Origin: Candidatus Dojkabacteria bacterium
GTDB lineage: Bacteria; Patescibacteriota; Dojkabacteria; SC72
Reading direction: 5' to 3'
Length of the DNA: 64,000 nt
Assembly: GCA_050943415.1 (NCBI GenBank)
Contig: JBMNPD010000003.1
Span: 3,962-67,961 of the forward strand
Notes under the pieces: model-generated
The model's input: the letters and a program-made list of their open reading frames with translations, nothing else
What the model was told of the DNA's origin: nothing
The model's database searches: none
Program-made: the position numbers and the translations under genes
Shown: piece after piece, positions 40,775 through 49,895 of the stretch
How positions within the stretch are numbered: the first letter of the stretch is position 1
How the letters are laid out: every line of letters begins with the position of its first letter

Positions 40775-41719
40775 ATGGTAAAATATTTCTACATTATTAT
40801 GAAGAAGTTTTTATTTTTTTTGTTTGTTGCTGTTGTTTTCGTCATAGGATTAAGGTTTTCTAATGTTGGCAAGGTTGTAAATGCCACAGCAGATAGCAAT
40901 TTCAACCTGCTTTTGGAACAGCTATACGGTATTACAGCACAGGAGGTTAAAAGTTCTCCATATATCAAACTCATTACTATTAATTATGAAGGCGACATAG
41001 GTACTTTCTTCACAAATAAGCCATCACCTGTACTTGCCCTTGTAGATCTTAATTATCCTTTAAGCAACAAGAATATTTTGATTTCAACTTCACCTATTAA
41101 CTCACTGTACAACAACACTTTTATAAATGTACAATCATATACTTCTACAATTGATGAACTAACACTAGAAATTCCATTTACTTCAGAGATTAAAGGTTCT
41201 GTTTTATGCTCAAAACTAGAAAGAAAAGAGATTGAACAAACAGGAGTTTTAGGCTTAATGTCTCAGAAAATCAAAAGAACTTACAAAGGTGAGGAATTAA
41301 TAGCTGAAGAAATTATTGAACAGACTACACTAAGAGAACCTAGGCCTCAGATTGTCATAATAAAAGGGCCTAACGACACTCCTGATTCTGTTCCACAAAG
41401 AGGGTACAACTGTCCTTACTGGGAAGCATATATCGATAATATATCTGCTTCGGAGGAGGAGAAACAATGGCTTAAATTTACAATGAGGTTAGAATCTGGT
41501 TGTAACGCTGAAAGTAACAAAGCTTTCTATAAGGGACTTTTTCAATGGGATCCTTGTCTTTGGTACTCTTTATACCCAAATGACAATATTTTTGATGGTG
41601 AAAAGCAAATTCAGAGAACCATAGAGAAAGTTCGTGCTGGTGCAAATCCCAAAAAAATGTGGCCAGCTGTCTACAAAAAATATGTTGAACAGTATGGTGA
41701 ATTAAGCTGGTTACAGTAA
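40775..41719 (+). CDS. Secreted or membrane-anchored protein with a lysozyme-like (SLT/lytic transglycosylase-like) C-terminal domain
   Basis: N-terminal signal/anchor; RLESGCNAESNKAFYKGLFQW resembles the SLT ES...A.S..GA.GLMQ catalytic motif. Confidence 0.45.
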   Translation: MVKYFYIIMKKFLFFLFVAVVFVIGLRFSNVGKVVNATADSNFNLLLEQLYGITAQEVKSSPYIKLITINYEGDIGTFFTNKPSPVLALVDLNYPLSNKNILISTSPINSLYNNTFINVQSYTSTIDELTLEIPFTSEIKGSVLCSKLERKEIEQTGVLGLMSQKIKRTYKGEELIAEEIIEQTTLREPRPQIVIIKGPNDTPDSVPQRGYNCPYWEAYIDNISASEEEKQWLKFTMRLESGCNAESNKAFYKGLFQWDPCLWYSLYPNDNIFDGEKQIQRTIEKVRAGANPKKMWPAVYKKYVEQYGELSWLQ

Positions 41720-43717
41720 CTATCTGTAGCTGTAGTATTCACAAATTTCCTGAGGTATTTCCCCTAAAAACCTAGAAGGTAGTTGAGAACCGTATCCATC
41801 TCTAGTTAATCTCGTTTCGGCAAAAGTCATAAATAGTTTTTGTTTTGCACGTGTTATTCCTACATAGCAAAGTCTTCTCTCTTCTTCTAACTCAGCTTCA
41901 TCAACAAAAGCTCGAGAGTGTGGTAACAAACCTTCTTCCATACCTATCATAAACACATAATCAAACTCTAAACCTTTTGAAGAATGTAAAGTCATCAGAT
42001 TCAAATAATTATTTGTCCCATCTTGATTTTTCTCTTGCTCCTGTTCAATTAAATTTACCTCGTTTAAGAAAATCTCTAAACTTTTCAACCCATGCTTTGA
42101 AGAGTATGATGTTGCAACATTTTTCAACTCTTGAATATTCTCTTTCTGCATCTCAGCTTGTTCAGAACCATCATCAAATGATTTTACATATTTCGTATTT
42201 ACCAGAATACTTTCTATAATTTCAATCAATGTCTGTTTCTTAGACATGAAGTATAAATGACCAAACAAGTTGATGAGATTTGAATATTTTATCCATTTTT
42301 CCTGAATAGTTTCTATTTTATTAATATCAAAAGTTAATTCTTTTGCAAACTCTTGATTTAAGACAGCATACGCTCCCACCAATAATTCCCCTACTGTTAG
42401 ACCTACTTCCTTAGCCATAGAATGTATGTCGGCTACAGCTTTTGGCCCTATCTTTCTACTAGGTACATTTATGATTCTGTCTAAACTTAATTCATCTTTT
42501 AGATTAAAACAAAACCGAAGATAACTGATAATGTCCTTAATTTCTTTACGCTCATAGAATCTAAATCCTCCTACAAGTTTGTAAGGCAAGCCACTCTTTA
42601 GTAAAGCTTCTTCTATTGCTCTTGATTGATAGTTCGTTCTATATAGAACGGCTATATTTTTCAAAGGAATCATTTGCTGACTTAAACTCCTTATCTTCTC
42701 AACCACATATGATGATTCATCTTCTTGATCAGCTGCTTGATATACAGTTATTTTCTCCCCTTCATTATTATCTGTCCACAAAACTTTATCCACTCTACTA
42801 TTGTTCTGCTTAATCACACTCACAGCTGCTTCTATGACATTTTTTGTAGAACGATAGTTCTGTTCTAATTTAACAACAGAAACATTTTCAAAATCATTCT
42901 CAAATGATTGTATATTTTTAATATCAGCACCTCTCCAAGCATATATTCCTTGATCATCATCACCTACTACACATATATTTTTATGTTTAGCTGAAATAAT
43001 TTTGGCAAACATATACTGAGCATTGTTTGTATCTTGATATTCATCAATCAACATATATTTGTATTGCTCCTGATATTTATCTCGTACCTTTTCATTTTCA
43101 TCTAAAAGTTTTACTGTTAGATAAAGGAGATCACTAAAATCTACAGAGTTTTGTGCAAGTAGTTGTTTCTGATATTGAGGATATATATCTGCAACAATAT
43201 CTTCTATGTAGCCAGAGTGATGATAACCAAACTGCTCAGGAGAAATCATTTCATTTTTCGCAGCTCCTATGAAATATGCTATTGATTTAGGTTTTATCTG
43301 TTTAATATCTATCTCTCTTTCTAACAGAATTTCTTTAATAATATTTTCACTATCATCAGTATCATATATTGAGAAATTGTTAGTCAAACCAACTTCTTTT
43401 GCATTGCTCCTCAATATCATTGCCCCTATTGAATGAAATGTTCCTATTGTTGGAAAACCTTTCTTGTCAAATCCCAAATCTTTAAGTAAAGAGAGCACTC
43501 TCTCTTGCATCTCACCAGCTGCTTTTTTAGTAAATGTTACTGCCATAATATTTCTAGGATTAACATTTTTAGCAGTAATAAGATAAGCAATTCTATTAGT
43601 AATAACTCTGGTTTTGCCAGAACCTGCTCCAGCAAAGACTAAGAGAGGTCCTTCTGTACAGAGAACAGCTTTCTTTTGTTCAGGATTTAATCCCTTTAAA
43701 ATACCATCTGTATTCAT
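41720..43717 (-). CDS. pcrA: ATP-dependent DNA helicase, UvrD/PcrA family
   Basis: LNPEQKKAVLCTEGPLLVFAGAGSGKTRVITNRIAYLI (motifs Q/I), DEYQDTN (motif II), and later UvrD-type motifs. Confidence 0.9.
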   Translation of the reverse strand: MNTDGILKGLNPEQKKAVLCTEGPLLVFAGAGSGKTRVITNRIAYLITAKNVNPRNIMAVTFTKKAAGEMQERVLSLLKDLGFDKKGFPTIGTFHSIGAMILRSNAKEVGLTNNFSIYDTDDSENIIKEILLEREIDIKQIKPKSIAYFIGAAKNEMISPEQFGYHHSGYIEDIVADIYPQYQKQLLAQNSVDFSDLLYLTVKLLDENEKVRDKYQEQYKYMLIDEYQDTNNAQYMFAKIISAKHKNICVVGDDDQGIYAWRGADIKNIQSFENDFENVSVVKLEQNYRSTKNVIEAAVSVIKQNNSRVDKVLWTDNNEGEKITVYQAADQEDESSYVVEKIRSLSQQMIPLKNIAVLYRTNYQSRAIEEALLKSGLPYKLVGGFRFYERKEIKDIISYLRFCFNLKDELSLDRIINVPSRKIGPKAVADIHSMAKEVGLTVGELLVGAYAVLNQEFAKELTFDINKIETIQEKWIKYSNLINLFGHLYFMSKKQTLIEIIESILVNTKYVKSFDDGSEQAEMQKENIQELKNVATSYSSKHGLKSLEIFLNEVNLIEQEQEKNQDGTNNYLNLMTLHSSKGLEFDYVFMIGMEEGLLPHSRAFVDEAELEEERRLCYVGITRAKQKLFMTFAETRLTRDGYGSQLPSRFLGEIPQEICEYYSYR

Positions 43718-43727
43718 TGAAATATGT

Positions 43728-44903
43728 TTAAATCTTTTTTAGATATCTTGATACTATCCAACCTTCTGATTCTAATCCAAACTTTACTCTACACCAACCA
43801 TCTTTTTCTTCTAAAAGTATGAAAACTGAGCCTTCATCAACAGTTTCTAAAATTTTACAACTACTCCACTGACACTCTCTAATATTTACAAATCCATACT
43901 TTGGAGATACTACTTCTACTAATGAATTATCTCCTTTTACAATATTCAACACAATATCAAATGAAGAATCTTCAAAAGGCTGATCGTTAAATTTAAGAAG
44001 AACAAAAGACTCTTTCGCTTCTCCTATTTTAACTTTAGCCTCCATTTCAAATGATAGTTCAACACTTTCATTTGGTAGTATAACTTTGTCAGAGATACTT
44101 ACTGGCCTACTAAAACTCTCCCAAACTTGATTAATTGCAAATCCACTATTTTTCCCACTTGCAGTTGCAATATATATAGGGTCTTTATCTGTAAACCATA
44201 CAAAATCATTCATATTTGTTACAGTTAAAGTAACTTTTGATCTTTCCAATACTTTTACTTCTTTTGAATACTGTAAGTTCTCTATTTTAGCTTTATATTT
44301 CAGATCATTTACTTTTTTCCCTTTCCAATCAGAAAAAAGTTCTTTGACTGATTTTAAAAATTCACCTGTAGCTGGTTTGAATGAAATAGCTGAAATATCT
44401 TTATCATTCTTTTTAATATCCAAAGTTATTGCCTCTATTTCAGTAATATTCCACTTAGTAGATAGTTCATCTACTATTTCTTTAAGAGAAGATTTTGCTC
44501 TACTGGTCATTACTGGATTATTTGATAGGTAACCAATTAGAATTACTCCATTAGCACCTTCTATACCTGCATCCGCTTCTATATATCCTGATTTTCCTTG
44601 ATAGATCAAACCACTTTCATCTAAGAGATATGTGTATGGCAAATCTCTCAAATGTAATCTTGTGATAGAGTAGTAGTAGAGAAATTTAACCCATTTAGCA
44701 GGATCTCTAGAAAGTACAGGAGATACTGTATTTACAGGTGTTACCAATATTTTGTTTGGTTCTGAATATGTTTGAGAAGTTTTATCTAAAAGTGATGTGT
44801 CGAATTTTTGTGAAGTAACTGAGTAAAAAGAGAAAGCATCTACTACAGACGGAAGTGATAACATAATTATTACTAAAAAAATCGATAATAGGAATTTTTT
44901 CAT
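43728..44903 (-). CDS. Secreted protein with a C-terminal bacterial SH3 (SH3b) domain and a possible degenerate Amidase_2/PGRP-like N-terminal domain
   Basis: Signal peptide MKKFLLSIFLVIIMLSLPSVVDA. DLPYTYLLDESGLIYQGKSGY resembles the PGRP DIGYNFLIGxDGxVYEGRGW region. C-terminus GFVNIRECQ..CKILETVDEGSVFILLEEKDGWCRVKF is an SH3b domain. Confidence 0.5.
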   Translation of the reverse strand: MKKFLLSIFLVIIMLSLPSVVDAFSFYSVTSQKFDTSLLDKTSQTYSEPNKILVTPVNTVSPVLSRDPAKWVKFLYYYSITRLHLRDLPYTYLLDESGLIYQGKSGYIEADAGIEGANGVILIGYLSNNPVMTSRAKSSLKEIVDELSTKWNITEIEAITLDIKKNDKDISAISFKPATGEFLKSVKELFSDWKGKKVNDLKYKAKIENLQYSKEVKVLERSKVTLTVTNMNDFVWFTDKDPIYIATASGKNSGFAINQVWESFSRPVSISDKVILPNESVELSFEMEAKVKIGEAKESFVLLKFNDQPFEDSSFDIVLNIVKGDNSLVEVVSPKYGFVNIRECQWSSCKILETVDEGSVFILLEEKDGWCRVKFGLESEGWIVSRYLKKI

Positions 44904-44950
44904 GCTCTTATTGTACCATCTATTTAGATGATTTGGGATATTTTTAATTT

Positions 44951-45967
44951 TTACTGTTCTTCTAACAAATATGGAACAGGAAGATCTCCTTCATCTTCAA
45001 TCTCACTTTTCTCTAAGAATTCTTCTGAAACAGCACAGATATAGTAATTGATAGTTGCCAGATATTCATTCCCTACAAAATCTTTTACCTTAACATCTGA
45101 ATTGATTATATATGCAGGGAATATATATCCGTGTGAGAAATTTTTGAATAAATATGTAGAGACAAGCTGTTTAGGATCATCTTGAACTATTTCTATAGAG
45201 GACTGCTGTATTGGATTTTTTTCATAATAGCTCTCATTTATACTCATATACTTGCCAAAAATCCTCTTTGTATTTATAAGATTTTTAGGATTCACAGGAA
45301 GATATGCAGAGTATTTAATAATTGACGATGTGTCATAAAGAAAGATATTAAACTGATATAGATTACCTGAGCTATCTACAAGAAGTTTGTACGCATCTGA
45401 ATCTATTTCAAGAGAACCAAACCGAAAATCTCCAATACTATATTTTCCTGAATATATATAATTACCATCAGAATCTTTGGAAACATTAATTTCATCAACC
45501 TGACAATTAAAATAATCTCTAAAGAAGTCTACAACAGCGTTTTGGTCTACAATTTTTATTCCTAAATCTGTTTTCTCACGAGAAGTTAGACTTAAAATAC
45601 CCATATCATAATTGTATCCAACTAAAACTGTACCAAAATTCCAACTAGCAGAGTATTCTGATTCAGCAATTTTAGTAAAATCTGGATTCAACTTTTCAAT
45701 TAAATCTTCAATTGATGCCTTACTTGCTTTGATTCTATATACAGGGACATATTCATTTTGAAAAAGTGACTGTTTAGATGGTATTGTTTTTATACTGTAT
45801 ATATTCTGAGCTACAAATGGTTCAACAAATACTTTATTATTAACTATAGAAGAAGCACGTTGCTCTTTTTTATGTTTGGCAACAAGAAGAAAAATTGTAA
45901 CAAGGACCAGTCCTAGAATTACTCCTGCTAGAATAAACCATTTGTATTTTTTAAAAAAGTTTTTCAT
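44951..45967 (-). CDS. Membrane-anchored (signal-anchor) extracytoplasmic protein, function unknown
   Basis: I prefer the start at the second Met (MKNFFKKYKWFILAGVILGLVLV) at 45967. The track start at 46042 would overlap the upstream gene. Confidence 0.5.
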   Translation of the reverse strand: MKNFFKKYKWFILAGVILGLVLVTIFLLVAKHKKEQRASSIVNNKVFVEPFVAQNIYSIKTIPSKQSLFQNEYVPVYRIKASKASIEDLIEKLNPDFTKIAESEYSASWNFGTVLVGYNYDMGILSLTSREKTDLGIKIVDQNAVVDFFRDYFNCQVDEINVSKDSDGNYIYSGKYSIGDFRFGSLEIDSDAYKLLVDSSGNLYQFNIFLYDTSSIIKYSAYLPVNPKNLINTKRIFGKYMSINESYYEKNPIQQSSIEIVQDDPKQLVSTYLFKNFSHGYIFPAYIINSDVKVKDFVGNEYLATINYYICAVSEEFLEKSEIEDEGDLPVPYLLEEQ

Positions 45968-45974
45968 ATTTAGA

Positions 45975-48500
45975 TTATCTACAAAAACGAATAGAAGACG
46001 CAACCATGCTACCACATGCACTTGATACGGCCCCTCCAACATTTCGAGCTAAATCAGCGAGTTCTCCTTCAGAGCAACCTCTAGAAAGGAAGTATGATTT
46101 TGTCGAAGTTGCAGTTACACACTGTCCATCTACCATGAATTTGTAATGTCCACCATTGCCTGAAAGTAAATCTGCTCCCCATTCACGTACTACAGACGGA
46201 GCTCCTCCCCCATTTCTTCCTTGTACTTGATGTAGAAGTTCATGAGTAAATAGTTTTGAAAGAGTGACATTAGATTGCTTAGCTAACTTATCACCTTTAC
46301 AATAAATTTTATCAGCACTGTAACACCACGCCCAGTCAATACTAGCACACATACGATGTCCAGGACATGTGACAAGTTCTAACTTAGTTCCAAGTCCCAT
46401 ACTTGCTGCTACTTGGTCATAAATTTCCTCTATTGATCCAGAAAAGATTGGAACATCAGCATCTAGATCTTCAAAAAAGAAGTCTCCTCTTCCACTATCA
46501 AATATACTAAACCCCTCACAAGTAACTACTTCTACAGGAGAGATATGGGAATTTACAGATAAAAATGCAGAACTTCCAAAAATAAACTTGAAGAAAAGTA
46601 CCATTACAAGTAATACCCCAACAGAAACAAAAGCTAATGTCTTGGTTACTGCTTTCATTGTTGGCTCTGCTAACTTTGTAGCAACTCTCGTAGCAGTACC
46701 TGTTGCAATATTTCCAACTATATTCCCCAATGGCCCACCAACAACACTCCCTATGACACGATTTATTGCCTTTCCTAATAGCTGCATACCACCTTTTTCT
46801 ACCCATTCTTTTAAAATCTCTCCGGCAAATTTCTTGAATGCATCACTTTGAATTAGAAGATTAGCAATCTGTTCTCTAGATTTCCTTCCTATCTTTGAAT
46901 CAAAATACATTGACACTTTGTTTTGCCATCGTTGGATAGTATTAAATCGATATGCTAAATTACTTAATCTCTCATTCTTTTTTATAAATTCAATTAAAGC
47001 TTGGGCCTGTTCTTGAGAGAGTATTGATAAGACACTCTCCATATATGCGTCATTTATCTTTCCTTTGTCGTTATATAGTCTAGTCATATCAAATCCTTGA
47101 ATACTATTCCCAAACTTATTTTGAAATTTATTCATATTTTCGTAGACTTGGTAGGCATATAGCTCTCCATTCATTAAAGATTTAACACGTACAAGAGGGA
47201 TCCTATAATAGAATTTAAGCAACCGTTCATTAAATCTTTGAGCATATTGTGATCTCGATGTTTTTGCTATTTTGAAATTAATATCTGCTCCGTTAATATT
47301 AATCTTGTTAAACCCACGCACTCCACCTTCACTTAATGTTCTGCTTGCTCCATAATCTACGGGATTGAACCAATGTTTATTTGAACGATTAAAGAAGTTT
47401 CCTGTTATGAAAAGATCACCTGCTTGAATTTGACCAGTACCCTTAAGAGAAGACCAGAAACCATCCATCCTACCGGCAAAAGCTGCAGCTCTCATACTTC
47501 CTGACATACTTCTATTTGCATACATTAATTTTATTTCCTTTTCTAACGCTTTTATTTTCTCTTTTTTATTTGGATCATTACTGTTTTTTAATCTGTTAAC
47601 CTCGTCTTTATATCTTCTAATCTCCATACTATTTTTCCGTTCACTTGTTTTTCTTTGTTCATTCGTTAATGAAGAATCTATATATCGCCGCGAAAGATAA
47701 TAATTTTGTGCCTTTAACATATCACCAGCACTTTCTGCTTCTACTGCCTTGTCACGTATTTCTTGACCCTCAACAAAGACATATACATTTTTGTCATATA
47801 ATAAAGACTTTTTTTCTTTTGTATCTTTTGCTTTCTCTATCCAATTCTTATATTCACCGAATTTTTTTTTAGCTTCTTCTTCTGAACCGTATCTCTCTAT
47901 GAAGTCTGCCAAGGTATATGATTTATTTGGATCTATTAAATGCTTATCTATTAATTGCTCTATCCTTTCTTCTGTACTTATCGCTTTAGCAGAATCAAAG
48001 TTTTCTATTTGCTTCAATCTATCAAATGCTCCATGTAGGTTTGACATAGCTAGAACTGTTTCCTTATCCAATCCATGTTTTTTAGCCCACATACTACCTA
48101 GCAACGCCTGTATTTCATCACCAGCCCAGAAAGCTTTGTTAACTTTTCTGTTCGCTTCATATTTTGTAAATGTTTTATCTAAGAAGCCTGTAGGATCTTT
48201 TAATGCTTTTGGTATATCTTTGGCATTGAGCTTCACTTTATTCCGTTTTCCTTCTCCGTATTTAACACTAAGTAAATCGTAGTTAACAACATCTTCAAAT
48301 GCGTCCATTGTTGATTTGTTTACAAACAGGAGAGGATTTTCAAGTGTAGCAACAAGAGCATCTGCAAATTCAGAGGTACCATCTATGCCTGTGACCTTTA
48401 CTGGTTTAACCTTTGCAGGATGTTTTTTTGTTTCTGCAAAAATAAAATCATATATGGAACCCAAAGCATCTTTATACTGTTTAGGTTTCTCTTTAGCCAT
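45975..48500 (-). CDS. Large bitopic protein (841 aa): about 620-aa cytoplasmic region, one TM, about 190-aa Cys-rich extracytoplasmic domain with an HExxH motif
   Basis: No signal peptide. TM at LAFVSVGVLLVMVLFFKFIFG. C-terminal domain has LFTHELLHQVQGRNGGGAPSVVREWGADL, i.e. HExxH plus a downstream Glu, which is gluzincin-like, and 10 or more Cys. No Walker motifs. Confidence 0.5.
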   Translation of the reverse strand: MAKEKPKQYKDALGSIYDFIFAETKKHPAKVKPVKVTGIDGTSEFADALVATLENPLLFVNKSTMDAFEDVVNYDLLSVKYGEGKRNKVKLNAKDIPKALKDPTGFLDKTFTKYEANRKVNKAFWAGDEIQALLGSMWAKKHGLDKETVLAMSNLHGAFDRLKQIENFDSAKAISTEERIEQLIDKHLIDPNKSYTLADFIERYGSEEEAKKKFGEYKNWIEKAKDTKEKKSLLYDKNVYVFVEGQEIRDKAVEAESAGDMLKAQNYYLSRRYIDSSLTNEQRKTSERKNSMEIRRYKDEVNRLKNSNDPNKKEKIKALEKEIKLMYANRSMSGSMRAAAFAGRMDGFWSSLKGTGQIQAGDLFITGNFFNRSNKHWFNPVDYGASRTLSEGGVRGFNKININGADINFKIAKTSRSQYAQRFNERLLKFYYRIPLVRVKSLMNGELYAYQVYENMNKFQNKFGNSIQGFDMTRLYNDKGKINDAYMESVLSILSQEQAQALIEFIKKNERLSNLAYRFNTIQRWQNKVSMYFDSKIGRKSREQIANLLIQSDAFKKFAGEILKEWVEKGGMQLLGKAINRVIGSVVGGPLGNIVGNIATGTATRVATKLAEPTMKAVTKTLAFVSVGVLLVMVLFFKFIFGSSAFLSVNSHISPVEVVTCEGFSIFDSGRGDFFFEDLDADVPIFSGSIEEIYDQVAASMGLGTKLELVTCPGHRMCASIDWAWCYSADKIYCKGDKLAKQSNVTLSKLFTHELLHQVQGRNGGGAPSVVREWGADLLSGNGGHYKFMVDGQCVTATSTKSYFLSRGCSEGELADLARNVGGAVSSACGSMVASSIRFCR

Positions 48501-48512
48501 ACTTTAATCAAA

Positions 48513-49871
48513 CTATTTAAACATACTACCAATTAATGGTATTCCTGACAGACTTGTTTTGACGGCAGTTGCTGTGTCTCCTACTTGTTTTGACACTGTA
48601 GGAGGAACTATGACAGCTGCCATAGCAGGAGCATTTGCAGCAGCGTATATTGCAACTATTTTAACAACTGCAAGCATAAATCCACCAACCTTTCCATCTA
48701 CAGCTTCTTCACCCGCTAATGATGTTGGAAATGCCAATGTTATTCCTTTTGACTCTGCATAATAAGGTAGGTTAACAATTGCATATGCTATCGGGAAAAC
48801 TAATACATTTCTTAAAGCGGACTTAAATATATTTATAGTTGATGCTTCATTGCCTGGTAATGCACCAGCAAATATAGCCAATGGAGCAAATATTACACTC
48901 ATTATTATTCCTAAATATGCTTTTAAAAGAGTAATCCAAAGCTTTACCATACCCCAGAAGACAATTCCTATGGGAATTAAAGTTAACAAAAGACCAATGA
49001 TACCAACTGTGGTAGCAGTCCCACTTTTAAACACACCCGCGATTGTAAGTATAACAGTGACTAAAGAATTAGTACCAGAAAACAATTTAAAAGTAAAACC
49101 TGTCTTACTAAAGAAATTACCAAACATGGTAATTGGATTCGTTATCTTCACTCCTTCACCCATTTCAGGACCTCCATATAGCAAAATCTGAACAAGCTTC
49201 ATAATGAGGGCTCCAATGTCTATAATCAAACCTATGATTGCAAAACTAAATGTTACAAGTACCAAAGCTACAACTACTTTAGGGATAGAATTACCTACAG
49301 TAACCATTATCTGACCTCCTATCTTATGTCTAAACATAATCATAAAACCAATAGCTATCATTATTACTACAAATCCTGTATACGCTATATTTCTAGTAGT
49401 CATCCACAGGACATCCACTTTCGAATTTCGTAAATCTGTATATCCTGCAGCGTATGTACTATTAGAATCCGCATATCCAGGTACCCACTGTTGTGCCAAA
49501 TGAGCAGGAACATCTACAGTTGGGACACTATTAAACAAGGAATATACTGCTTTCTCACTTGTTTCTAACAGACCCATTTTTGCAGAATCTGGAATAGTAG
49601 GATCATTCATAACTCTCTCCCCTCCTCTTGTACACGAAGGACAAGTTTCCATTAACATAGTTTCTAAACCACCATAGATTTGTTTAGCTATGAATTGTGA
49701 AATATTTTCACCCTTAACATCCGCGAATTTTTCTACTTTGTCTATTAGTTCAACCCAACCTGCAGTAGTATCTAGTACCTCTACTTCCTGAGCATAGGCT
49801 GTTTCTGAAATTGTACTAAATAGAAGAAACGAAAACAGAAAAGTTATAATCAATTTCTTTAGTTTAATCAT
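48513..49871 (-). CDS. Polytopic membrane protein with a cleavable signal peptide and about 130-aa extracytoplasmic N-domain; VirB6/TrbL-like topology
   Basis: Signal LIITFLFSFLLFSTISETAYA, a CPSC-containing soluble domain, then about 7 TM helices. The family assignment rests on topology only. Confidence 0.4.
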   Translation of the reverse strand: MIKLKKLIITFLFSFLLFSTISETAYAQEVEVLDTTAGWVELIDKVEKFADVKGENISQFIAKQIYGGLETMLMETCPSCTRGGERVMNDPTIPDSAKMGLLETSEKAVYSLFNSVPTVDVPAHLAQQWVPGYADSNSTYAAGYTDLRNSKVDVLWMTTRNIAYTGFVVIMIAIGFMIMFRHKIGGQIMVTVGNSIPKVVVALVLVTFSFAIIGLIIDIGALIMKLVQILLYGGPEMGEGVKITNPITMFGNFFSKTGFTFKLFSGTNSLVTVILTIAGVFKSGTATTVGIIGLLLTLIPIGIVFWGMVKLWITLLKAYLGIIMSVIFAPLAIFAGALPGNEASTINIFKSALRNVLVFPIAYAIVNLPYYAESKGITLAFPTSLAGEEAVDGKVGGFMLAVVKIVAIYAAANAPAMAAVIVPPTVSKQVGDTATAVKTSLSGIPLIGSMFK

Positions 49872-49895
49872 TTACTCTTAATAATAATTTATATT

